Origin: a virus
Taxonomy: Duplodnaviria; Caudoviricetes
Virus record (IMG/VR): IMGVR_UViG_3300020530_000028
Coordinates: 1-25,642 of that record
Length of the DNA stretch: 25,642 nt
Direction: 5' to 3' (one strand)
The notes beneath the pieces are model-generated. The model worked only from the letters and a program-made list of their open reading frames with translations. It had not been told where the DNA came from and did no database searches. Within the stretch, counting starts at the first letter, position 1. Every line of letters starts with the position of its first letter. Position numbers and translations under genes: made by a program. Shown one piece after another: positions 7,488-15,765 of this stretch.

Positions 7488-8080
7488 GGAGTGTTTCCCG
7501 AACGAACATATGAGTTGTATGCCATACGACGAACGCCCATCTTTCGCCCCTTCACGAACAGGGCAAGGTCAACATCCACCAACACATCCCAAAATTCCAT
7601 AGGAATCTGTATGGGTCGCCTACGAAGTCCACCTATTACATAGCGTCGGTAGCAGGGCTTGAAAAAACCAAATTTTCGTGATCCGTTTAGTCGGTCGTAT
7701 GAAACTCCCAAACGGGTAAGAGACTCGTCACCGCTTCTACGCATTGGTAAATTTGTTTCTATGGCACCGAACAATTGCCGTCTCCATTTTTGGGCAACAT
7801 AGTGCAGATTCAGTCCTTCAAACCCGTCTTTGTGTACTTTGGTTACGATTACTAGTGGAAACACATCGTAGGCTTTAGATGAATTTAAAAATCTGTCGTC
7901 TTGTGGTTTATATTTAAAAAATACCATCTGCCCTGCCATGAGCCGTGACGGAGTGCGTAGTTCTCCAATGGTATTCAAATACTTCAGTAATTGCAGATAC
8001 GATTGGTCTGTGCCACCAAGACCAGCAATAGTCTCTTCTAGTAGGGCTTTTAGTTCTTTTGGTTGTTGCGGGGTTATCAT
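7484..8080 (-). CDS. gp2: DNA end protector protein, T4 gp2-like
   Basis: GQMVFFKYKP, YDVFPLV, GFEGLNLHY, FKPCYRRY, W-containing C-terminal block; follows gp4. Confidence 0.85.
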   Translation of the reverse strand: MITPQQPKELKALLEETIAGLGGTDQSYLQLLKYLNTIGELRTPSRLMAGQMVFFKYKPQDDRFLNSSKAYDVFPLVIVTKVHKDGFEGLNLHYVAQKWRRQLFGAIETNLPMRRSGDESLTRLGVSYDRLNGSRKFGFFKPCYRRYVIGGLRRRPIQIPMEFWDVLVDVDLALFVKGRKMGVRRMAYNSYVRSGNTP

Positions 8081-8520
8081 GTCTTGTGTCTAAACAGATC
8101 GTCTTCGGTAAGCACTCGGAACTCCCAACCACGAGACTCCGCAGCAGTTTTAGCCGCTGCCCATTTAGCCTTGTTGGTGATCCATGTTTGGGCTTCATAC
8201 AGGTAATTGCGGCTACGCTTTTTTGGTTTCTTTGGTTCCTGTGTCTGTTTTTTTGGTTTTACTTCAATCAGCATGGTTTTTACCCCACCATCGGTAGTAC
8301 GCATCTCCACGATAAAATCCACAAAGTAGCGGTGCGGTTTTCGGTCAAGTGGGCTGATATATGGTATCACCACCTCTTCTGACCCCCATCGCAGCACAGT
8401 TTCGCTCAGGTCACAGAATTTCATAAACCGCCGTTCCCACATAGAACGGTACACTATTTGGGTGGGGTTGCCCATGTATTTGGATGGGTTGGTTGGGCTA
8501 AAATATCCTTTGTAGGGCAT
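8077..8520 (-). CDS. gp4: Head completion nuclease, T4 gp4-like
   Basis: YKGYFSP.NP.KY.GNP..IVYRS.WER.FM.FCD, WGSEE..IPY.SP.D...HRYFVDF, IEVKP.KQT, NKAKW.AA, F.VLTE. Confidence 0.95.
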   Translation of the reverse strand: MPYKGYFSPTNPSKYMGNPTQIVYRSMWERRFMKFCDLSETVLRWGSEEVVIPYISPLDRKPHRYFVDFIVEMRTTDGGVKTMLIEVKPKKQTQEPKKPKKRSRNYLYEAQTWITNKAKWAAAKTAAESRGWEFRVLTEDDLFRHKT

Positions 8521-8532
8521 ATAGATATGTAG
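8520..8532. promoter_or_regulatory. Overlapping divergent late-promoter-like boxes
   Basis: TATAGATA on + (8520-8527) toward gp48; CTACATA on - (8532-8526) ending 5 nt before the gp4 ATG. Confidence 0.6.
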
Positions 8533-8556
8533 AAGTCCACGAGGAAAAAATAGCCA

Positions 8557-10047
8557 ATGGCTGAATCCACACCAGAAAATCTATCGTCCAAGCCTGTTGG
8601 TGCCACCAACAGACCCCAAAACTACGGTGGAATACGAAATGGAGTAGTTGGTCCTCAAAGCGGAGACACCATAATCTCTGCTCTTGAAAACACACCAAGA
8701 CCACATCGTGGTTCACGAAATCAGCCGTCTGTTATGAAATATCCTGATGCTATTGGTCAATCAGAAGTTCCTCATGTCATGCAGTTCAAAATATTTTGGC
8801 GGTGGGAACGGCCAGACTTGGCAAATCGACTGGACTCCCTAAAGCAAGAGAGCCAAACCAATATAGAGGCTCTACAAACAAGTCTTTCAACACTAGACAG
8901 CGAGTCTTCAGACTTTGCATCTGAAGTGTTAAACGATCAACGAGTTTCAAAAATAATAGATCAAAACAATATTCGTGGGCTGTTTGAGCGTGGTGATTTG
9001 GAAGGATGGGAAGCAAAATCTATTCTAGAAGAAACTCTTAAAAGTGAACAAGCAAAGGTTGATACAATTAGTGCGTATCGTGCAGAACTTTTAGGCAAAA
9101 CCACGCCAGATTCAGATGAGCGACTGGCGTTACGAAGCGGATTCAATGAGCAGTTAGCAAACCTTGATCCTCTTGAGACAGGAGCAAAAGCAGGAGGTCT
9201 TGCTGCGCTTGGTCAAGCGGTTACAAGTTTCCGTAGCACCAGTGGAACGGTTGGTTCTCGTTTGAGGAAAGCAGGCATAAGTGGTTTGAAGACTGGACTA
9301 GTGGTCGGAGCAGGAACGGCAGTTGCAACAGCACTTGGAAAATATTTACAGGCTGAACCAGTATACGACCAGATGGTGTCCATTTATCTGCCTATGTGTA
9401 CCAAAATAAATCAAACCGATGTGTTTTCTTACAAAGAAGCAAACATGGCGGTTGCTGGTGGGCTAATGGATATTTTGGGTGGACCTATGAAAGAATCACT
9501 GGTTCAGGGAGTTCAGGCTCTTGCTACAAAAGTTGGTGACACTAAAGGATTGGGAGACGCTGTTTCTGCTTTTACAGGCACAGTAATCAATCCCCGTCTC
9601 GAAAAGATATTCCAACAAAAAGGTATCAGAACATTCACTTTTTCTTGGGATTTCTATCCACGAAACCCAGTTGAAGTAGAAAACATCAAGGCAATCATTG
9701 ATACATTCCGATACCATTCTCACCCAGCCATTTCTATGGATTCTGATGCCCATAAAGACGCATCAGCAGAACAGAAACAAGCACACACCAAAATAATGCT
9801 TCGCGTTCCTGCCGAATTTGAGGTGCGATTTTTATCTTCAACCCCAAACCCTGGAATTGTGGGATACACCGAAAACGAATACATTCCAAAGGTTGGGCGG
9901 TGTGTAATCACGGATATCCAAGCCGACTATACTCCAAACAGTATATTCTCTACTTTCCAAAACAATGCTCCTACTGCTGTTACTTTTACTCTTACAATGA
10001 GTGAAGTAACACAGATGACTCGTGAGCATGTGGAGGCTGGATACTAA
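8557..10047 (+). CDS. gp48: Baseplate tail-tube cap, T4 gp48-like, enlarged
   Basis: KYP, SIYLPM, INPRLEKIFQ..GIRTFTFSWDFYPRN..E...IK.II.TFRYHSHP, CVITDIQADYTP, LTMSE; GAGG RBS; precedes gp53. Confidence 0.88.
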   Translation: MAESTPENLSSKPVGATNRPQNYGGIRNGVVGPQSGDTIISALENTPRPHRGSRNQPSVMKYPDAIGQSEVPHVMQFKIFWRWERPDLANRLDSLKQESQTNIEALQTSLSTLDSESSDFASEVLNDQRVSKIIDQNNIRGLFERGDLEGWEAKSILEETLKSEQAKVDTISAYRAELLGKTTPDSDERLALRSGFNEQLANLDPLETGAKAGGLAALGQAVTSFRSTSGTVGSRLRKAGISGLKTGLVVGAGTAVATALGKYLQAEPVYDQMVSIYLPMCTKINQTDVFSYKEANMAVAGGLMDILGGPMKESLVQGVQALATKVGDTKGLGDAVSAFTGTVINPRLEKIFQQKGIRTFTFSWDFYPRNPVEVENIKAIIDTFRYHSHPAISMDSDAHKDASAEQKQAHTKIMLRVPAEFEVRFLSSTPNPGIVGYTENEYIPKVGRCVITDIQADYTPNSIFSTFQNNAPTAVTFTLTMSEVTQMTREHVEAGY

Positions 10048-10964
10048 TGTATTTCAGCAACTTTCCAATCCTTTTGTATCCCTATCAGATTGGTGATGCT
10101 ACAAAAAATATTGCTGCACGAAATATTCTTCGCAGAGTGGTCATGTCCGAAGAAACCAAAGCGTCTCGCGGTGCGTTTGTGGAATACCATATAAAAGATG
10201 GAGAGCGTCCCGAGCATATAGCAGATAGAGTTTACGGCAATCCAGAAGACCACTGGATAGTTCTTTTGTCCAACGATATTATTGATCCGTATCACGATTG
10301 GTATAAGTCTTCCTCTGCTATGGAAGAGTATATCTCGAAAAAGTACGGAGGCTTTTCTGTGTTTTTTACAGATACAAGTGACGCATTTGTATACAATACT
10401 AATCTGTTTGTTGGTTCAACTCTTGAGCAAAATGGAGCATTCTCTTCCATAACAGAATATCATCCCACCCTGTGTAAGTTGGTTGTTGACTCGCCTTCTT
10501 TCACGACAGGAACCGCAACAGTTGGTCTTTCTGGCGGAAGCAGCATACAAATCAAAATTCAACGGGTCTTGCCTTCGTATACTGCTGTAAACTATTTTAG
10601 AGCATATGGTCTTACTGCCACAATAGGACCAACAGGAGAAAACGGAACAGACGAGATTCCGTCTCTTGATCCTTTGGCTAAACAGACCAATCAGTATTCT
10701 GATTACACTCAATTAGGTGTGGTTGGTGGTGGGTATCCCGTAGTAGGAATTCGCACAACAAGCGGAACCACAGGATCGGTAGCGTTGTGGCAAACTTACA
10801 TTGGCGGGTATATGGGAATTTCTGGAGATGCTGTGAATCAATACGCGGTTTCTAATTTCACCTATGAAACAGAACGAAACGAACTGCGAAGAAAAATAAA
10901 GGTGTTGCATCCACGCTATGCGGATAGTGTAAAGCGAGAGATAGAAAATCTCCTAAAGGTGTAA
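10047..10964 (+). CDS. gp53: Baseplate wedge subunit, T4 gp53-like (LysM-type)
   Basis: MYFSNFP...Y, YHIKDGERPEHIADRVYG....HWIVLLSNDIIDPYHDW, VSNFTYE..RNE.RRKIKVL. Confidence 0.92.
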   Translation: MYFSNFPILLYPYQIGDATKNIAARNILRRVVMSEETKASRGAFVEYHIKDGERPEHIADRVYGNPEDHWIVLLSNDIIDPYHDWYKSSSAMEEYISKKYGGFSVFFTDTSDAFVYNTNLFVGSTLEQNGAFSSITEYHPTLCKLVVDSPSFTTGTATVGLSGGSSIQIKIQRVLPSYTAVNYFRAYGLTATIGPTGENGTDEIPSLDPLAKQTNQYSDYTQLGVVGGGYPVVGIRTTSGTTGSVALWQTYIGGYMGISGDAVNQYAVSNFTYETERNELRRKIKVLHPRYADSVKREIENLLKV

Positions 10965-10968
10965 TATT

Positions 10969-12294
10969 ATGGCACAACAGATAGGCAGCAATCTAATCAA
11001 GGCTGGTGATTATAAACTCACCAAGTTATTGCTCCGCTCTTCTGTTACCAATAAAGAATTGGATGTATCTAATCTGTACTCAAAGTTTGAATTGTTTGAA
11101 GACCTGTTTTCTCCGTACATGAGTGGAATGGTGTACATGAACGAATCGTTTAATGCTCCTGAAATCCTTCCAATCACTGGGCAAGAGTTTTTAGATGTAG
11201 AGTTTAAGACTGATGTTCAGAATGTAAAACCAGTAAAGAAAACTTTTAGAGTTTACAAACTGGATAAACACAGCCCAGATCCTAACGGAAAAGGACAGCA
11301 ATATACTTTGCACCTAATAAGCGAAGGTGGAATGATAAACCATTCCCAACGCTGCGGATATGCTGTAAACGGTTCGGTTTCTAAAATGATAGAAACTGTT
11401 GTAACAAAACATTTTCCGTCCCATATATGGGAAAACCGTTTTGATGTTCAACCAACAGTTGACAATTACTCGTTTGTTCTTCCAAAAAGTTATACACCAT
11501 TCAAAGCCATATCGTGGTTGGCAGGAAAAGGAATAAGCGATGCGGTTGATGATTACAGTCCGTTTTTCTTTTACGAGACATTTGACGGATACTCTTTTAA
11601 GAGCCTGACTAAAATAATCGAAGACGGGTCAAAAGTTGTTCAAGACTACTATTTTATAAAAGATAAACTCGCTACACCCGATGGAGGTCCATCAAGTCTT
11701 CCAACAGATGGACCATTGAGTGCTGTGTTTCACCGAGTTCAGGCGTTAGAAGAGGTGTCGCGGTTTAACATGGCAGAAAACATTATTGGTGGTGTTGTGT
11801 CTTCGCGTTTGATTGTTCACGATATGCTGCGTAAAGAGCAACGAGAGATACAGTTTAGAGAGAGCGATGTGTTTGAAGACTGTAAGAAATTGGGTTCTAA
11901 ACCACACTACAAGAACTCAAAAAACGATGATGAGTATTTCTACAATCAACCGTGCTCGTATTACTTTTTGCCGTCTAATAGTTACACGGCTTACACCGAG
12001 CAAAATAACATCGTAGATAATGTTGGAGTTGAATCGTATTTCTTGAAACGAAAATATCATGTGAATGCTATAATGACACAGAAAATTGCCATAGACATAT
12101 ACGGAGACAGCACCAAGCGTGTTGGTCAGGTTGTAAACCTGTACACTCCAAAGTTTTCGGCAGATCATGCGATAAAAAGTGATAAAGCAGACAAGAATTT
12201 TAGCGGCAATTATCTGATTACATCGGTGCGACACACCTTTGGAACTGCTTACAGTTGCAAACTTGAACTTTCAAGAAATGCGATGGGGGTATAA
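10969..12294 (+). CDS. Baseplate hub protein (gp27 / late control D-like)
   Basis: FEDLFSPYMSG, LPITGQE, PFFFYETFDGYSFKSL, GDS..RVGQVV.L, SGNYLITSVRH; directly upstream of gp5. Confidence 0.7.
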   Translation: MAQQIGSNLIKAGDYKLTKLLLRSSVTNKELDVSNLYSKFELFEDLFSPYMSGMVYMNESFNAPEILPITGQEFLDVEFKTDVQNVKPVKKTFRVYKLDKHSPDPNGKGQQYTLHLISEGGMINHSQRCGYAVNGSVSKMIETVVTKHFPSHIWENRFDVQPTVDNYSFVLPKSYTPFKAISWLAGKGISDAVDDYSPFFFYETFDGYSFKSLTKIIEDGSKVVQDYYFIKDKLATPDGGPSSLPTDGPLSAVFHRVQALEEVSRFNMAENIIGGVVSSRLIVHDMLRKEQREIQFRESDVFEDCKKLGSKPHYKNSKNDDEYFYNQPCSYYFLPSNSYTAYTEQNNIVDNVGVESYFLKRKYHVNAIMTQKIAIDIYGDSTKRVGQVVNLYTPKFSADHAIKSDKADKNFSGNYLITSVRHTFGTAYSCKLELSRNAMGV

Positions 12295-13391
12295 TGAAAG
12301 GCTTTTCAGGACGAGAAGGATTTGTGTGGTGGCACGGTGTCGTTGAGGACAACGCTGATCCGTTGTATCTTGGACGCTGCCGAGTTCGCATATTTGGATT
12401 TCATAGCGACAACAAAGTAGAGTTGCCTACCGCAGCCCTGCCGTGGGCGTATCCTATGCAGCCAATTACAAGTGCTGCTCTGTCTGGTATTGGACAGTCT
12501 CCCACAGGACTCCTGAACGGCTCTCATGTGTTTGGATTCTTTAGAGACGGAGACGACGCACAAGAGCCTGTAATGATGGGATCTTTTGGTGGTGTGCCAC
12601 AAGCAAACGCTGATACATCTAAAGGATTTGATGATCCTAGCGGAATCTATCCTGCAAAAGCCGAAGATGTGAACAATGGAGTGTTTCCTGTTGGCGTGTC
12701 TGTTGTTGGTGAAGCCGACACAAACAGACTTGCTAGAAACAATGGAGAAAATAATGGGCAAGGAACTGTCGCAGAAAGACGGGCAAGAACAGTCAAACAA
12801 AATGTTCAAAGTGCTCCTGGAATCAAAGACGGTAAGAGCCAATGGAGCGAGCCACAAACCCCATACAATGCCGTGTATCCAAAAAATCATGTACTGTATA
12901 CCGAAAGCGGTCATGTAAAAGAATATGACGATACCCCTGGAGCAGAACGCATCCACGAGTATCACACATCAGGCACTTTCACAGAGGTTGGAAACGGGTG
13001 GACAAATAATCCTGATGGAACCCGAGTTCAGAAAATCGTGGGTGACGATTACGAAATATGTTTGGGAAACAAAAAGGTGTATATTGGTGGCAAAGAAGGA
13101 CTTAATGTCGTGGTTGATGGGCCAGTCAACCTTACAGTCAACGGCAACGGCAGCAATATTCAAATAGACGGCAACATTAATATTTTTGCAAAGGCTGAAG
13201 TAAATCTGCAATGCGAAGGCAAGTTCCGTGCTTCAGGCAAACAGATGGAATTTTTTGCTGCTGATAGTATTGCGTTCTCGGGCAAGACTGTGGAATTCAT
13301 ATCTGATGGCTCTGTGGCTGTGGTGGGTAGCCGTATTGAGTTGAACTCTGGTCAGCCGTCTGTTCGCCCAAGCAAGGTGCAGTTGCAATGA
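12294..13391 (+). CDS. gp5: Baseplate central spike, T4 gp5-like (OB fold plus beta-helix, no lysozyme domain)
   Basis: FVWWHGVVED..DP..LGRCRVRIFGFH, LPWA, VFGFFRDG..AQEPV.MGS, YPKNHV..TESGH..EYDDTPG.ERI..YH.SG, V.G/I.G beta-helix repeats. Confidence 0.93.
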   Translation: MKGFSGREGFVWWHGVVEDNADPLYLGRCRVRIFGFHSDNKVELPTAALPWAYPMQPITSAALSGIGQSPTGLLNGSHVFGFFRDGDDAQEPVMMGSFGGVPQANADTSKGFDDPSGIYPAKAEDVNNGVFPVGVSVVGEADTNRLARNNGENNGQGTVAERRARTVKQNVQSAPGIKDGKSQWSEPQTPYNAVYPKNHVLYTESGHVKEYDDTPGAERIHEYHTSGTFTEVGNGWTNNPDGTRVQKIVGDDYEICLGNKKVYIGGKEGLNVVVDGPVNLTVNGNGSNIQIDGNINIFAKAEVNLQCEGKFRASGKQMEFFAADSIAFSGKTVEFISDGSVAVVGSRIELNSGQPSVRPSKVQLQ

Positions 13392-13609
13392 ACTATCGTG
13401 GCGACCACCGCAAGTACGAGCCAAACAGTTCCGTATATCGTGTATACGCTTACGGAGATGTGGTGTCTCGTGAAGGTAAGTTTTGGATATGTGGAGTTAC
13501 CCAATCTTATGGGTATTTGCCAAGCGAAACAGAATCAGGATTTACTCTCATGTCTCTGACTGTTGATCCTTCGCCAAATCCAAGTATTATAGACGGAGGA
13601 CTGATCTAA
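13388..13609 (+). CDS. Small hypothetical protein with a CBM5/12-like aromatic motif
   Basis: 73 aa, ATGA overlap with gp5 and TAATG overlap with PAAR; YAYGDVVSREGKFWIC; C-terminal IIDGG. Confidence 0.7.
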   Translation: MNYRGDHRKYEPNSSVYRVYAYGDVVSREGKFWICGVTQSYGYLPSETESGFTLMSLTVDPSPNPSIIDGGLI

Positions 13610-13869
13610 TGCCAGGGGTTTGTAGAGCATTCATAGATACTGCTGGAGGTACTATTTTGGTTGGAGACTCTTCGGTTTTGGTAGAAGGAAATCCCATAGT
13701 AGTAGAGGGAAATCCTGTCGAAGATCACGGAAACAACGAGCACGACGCAGCAACAATGATTAATGGCAATCCACGAGTTGTAGTAAACGGGATTCCTGTC
13801 TGCACAGAAGCAAGTCAGGCATCGTGTGGTGATGTTCCAAGCGGTTCAGCACGAGTAATAGTGGGGTAA
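13609..13869 (+). CDS. PAAR-like spike tip protein (T4 gp5.4 equivalent)
   Basis: MPGVCR..D.AGG.I..G...V.V.G.P, DHG...H, V.VNGIPV, ASCG...GS..V.VG; 86 aa, downstream of gp5. Confidence 0.88.
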   Translation: MPGVCRAFIDTAGGTILVGDSSVLVEGNPIVVEGNPVEDHGNNEHDAATMINGNPRVVVNGIPVCTEASQASCGDVPSGSARVIVG

Positions 13870-13872
13870 TTT

Positions 13873-14703
13873 ATGGCGTGTCCATGTAAACAAAAACTAA
13901 CAGACGAACAAAAAGATTTGGTCAATAGCCAATCGGGCAAGTCTTTTGTGCAAAACACTACAGGCGGACAGGCTGGAGGCGTTAGTAGTGCTCTTGGTCA
14001 GTCTATTGGAAGACTCGGTGCTCTTGCTACTGCTATTCAAACACCAACAATAGGAACTGTTGGCTCTGCTCTTGGAAACAGCGGTGTTGATGTTAACAGA
14101 CTCAATAAAATTATAGCCGACACAACCAATATGCAAAGCGCAGTTAATGCTTTTAAATCCCAAGCAGATAGATTAAGCAACCCTCAAACTCTTATGGGCG
14201 TGATTGGTAGCATGAATTTTTACGCAAATTTGGGGTGTGCTCTTGGGATTGAGGGACTTGATGTTACCGTTTCTATTGGCGTACTGACTGGAAACGGTCA
14301 AAACGCAATTAGTGTTGCTGGTGGTGTTCAGGTTGATTTGGATCGCATCATAGATAATTTTTCAAGAAATCCGTCTGGTGCTGGTATGGAAAACGCTGCA
14401 AAAGAATTCAATACCGCACTAGAGGGAATAACTTCAAAAATAAACGACGCAACAGGAGCACTAAACAAAGTTACAGGTGATAGTGTAAACATGATTAGTC
14501 AAGCAGCAGGTGCAATATCAAAATATAGCCAGATCAATTTTTTCAGCAATCTAATCGGAGAAGCAAACGATCCGTGTAACAAAATGAGTGTTGCGGTCAA
14601 TCAGGGAGGATTGCTAACACCAGAGTTTCAGCAGTTAGCGGGTGCAGCAAACGCATCGGTAGCGTCTCCATTCGCAAGTTCAGGGAGCACAACAACCAGA
14701 TGA
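13873..14703 (+). CDS. Hypothetical protein (Ala/Gly/Asn/Ser-rich, N-terminal CPC)
   Basis: 276-aa ORF tightly packed in the operon; no family recognised. Confidence 0.8.
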   Translation: MACPCKQKLTDEQKDLVNSQSGKSFVQNTTGGQAGGVSSALGQSIGRLGALATAIQTPTIGTVGSALGNSGVDVNRLNKIIADTTNMQSAVNAFKSQADRLSNPQTLMGVIGSMNFYANLGCALGIEGLDVTVSIGVLTGNGQNAISVAGGVQVDLDRIIDNFSRNPSGAGMENAAKEFNTALEGITSKINDATGALNKVTGDSVNMISQAAGAISKYSQINFFSNLIGEANDPCNKMSVAVNQGGLLTPEFQQLAGAANASVASPFASSGSTTTR

Positions 14704-15365
14704 TAGCGTCTTCCATCTCATCGTATTCAGATTTGGTGTACTCCATAGGTGAGATTATTGGTGTGTTTGGCGTTGGTATTGTTGTTGGGTTGTGGACTAT
14801 GCTAAAGAAGAAAAAGTTTACTGCTTTGCTTGAAATAAAGAAAGAGCAAAAAGTGGCACAAGCACACAGCCAAGTTCACGAAACTCTGACAGAATTGCGT
14901 CTGCTTGTTCGTGCGTCTCGGGCAATGGTGTTTCAGTTCCACAACGGTGGGCGATTTGCTGACGGCAGTTCCATTAAACGCTTTTCTGTTACCCACGAGT
15001 CTTGTGGTACAGGGGTTCAGGGCATGTTGTTGGAATCACAAGATGTATTACTGAACCGTTACCGAGAAATGGTTGATATTTTAGAAAATCGGTCTAATCA
15101 AATAATCAAGGTTTCTGATCTGCCCCAGTGCTCGTTTCGTTACGGACTTGAAATAAATAATGTACTGTTCTTTGCGGTTAGCCCCTTGAAATGCGAAGAC
15201 GGGCTGACTCCTATGGGATTTGTGTGCTGCCATTGGTGTGATATTGGCGATTTGGACGCAGTTCACGACGAAGGGATACCCGAAAGTTCACTTTCAGAGG
15301 TGGTTTCGGTGTCCACTAAAACAATAAATTCACACCTAACTATGGGTAAACGCCATGCCTCTTAA
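14700..15365 (+). CDS. Single-TM membrane protein with a GAF-like soluble domain (holin T-like architecture)
   Basis: Hydrophobic IIGVFGVGIVVGLWTML followed by KKKK; L.ELR....ASRAMVFQFHNG and terminal P.....PMGFVCCHW strands resemble a GAF fold; 221 aa. Confidence 0.55.
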   Translation: MIASSISSYSDLVYSIGEIIGVFGVGIVVGLWTMLKKKKFTALLEIKKEQKVAQAHSQVHETLTELRLLVRASRAMVFQFHNGGRFADGSSIKRFSVTHESCGTGVQGMLLESQDVLLNRYREMVDILENRSNQIIKVSDLPQCSFRYGLEINNVLFFAVSPLKCEDGLTPMGFVCCHWCDIGDLDAVHDEGIPESSLSEVVSVSTKTINSHLTMGKRHAS

Positions 15366-15765
15366 AATAAATTCAACACCACAAGAGCCTGTCTATACCG
15401 ATATAGACCCGCTGTTTACCCGAAATCCCAAAACCAGCGATGTGGTTGCAACCAAAGACACCAAAGCCATCAAGGTAGCGGTTCAAAACCTGCTGTCTAC
15501 GGCTTTTGGTGAACGGCTGTTTCAGCCACAGATTGGAGCCTCGCTTCGTCCGCTGCTGTTTGAGCCTGTGGATTCAATTACCGCTTTTGAAATACGCGAC
15601 AGAATCTTGGAAACCATTCGTAAGAACGAGCCGCGAGTGAACAATATAATAGTGGATGTGGTGTCCAATCCTGATTCAAACGAGTATCAAGTTGCGGTAG
15701 AGTATACCGTACAGTCCATTGGAGCGGTAGACAGAGTAACAACACTGCTTGAAAGGGTACGCTGA
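15355..15765 (+). CDS. gp25: Baseplate wedge subunit, T4 gp25-like
   Basis: YTDID..F..NP.T.DV, AIK.AVQNLL.T..GERLFQP.IG..L..LLFEP, EPRV, LERVR. Confidence 0.95.
   Translation: MPLKINSTPQEPVYTDIDPLFTRNPKTSDVVATKDTKAIKVAVQNLLSTAFGERLFQPQIGASLRPLLFEPVDSITAFEIRDRILETIRKNEPRVNNIIVDVVSNPDSNEYQVAVEYTVQSIGAVDRVTTLLERVR

Noticed and set aside
8077-8520. TnsA-like/PD-(D/E)XK nuclease as a sign of a transposon or homing endonuclease
   Set aside because: Sequence and position match the core head completion protein gp4; no element ends or other transposition genes.
12306-12965. 219-aa minus-strand ORF and the many other 60-140 aa overlapping ORFs in the track
   Set aside because: They overlap well-supported conserved genes and lack RBSs or motifs.
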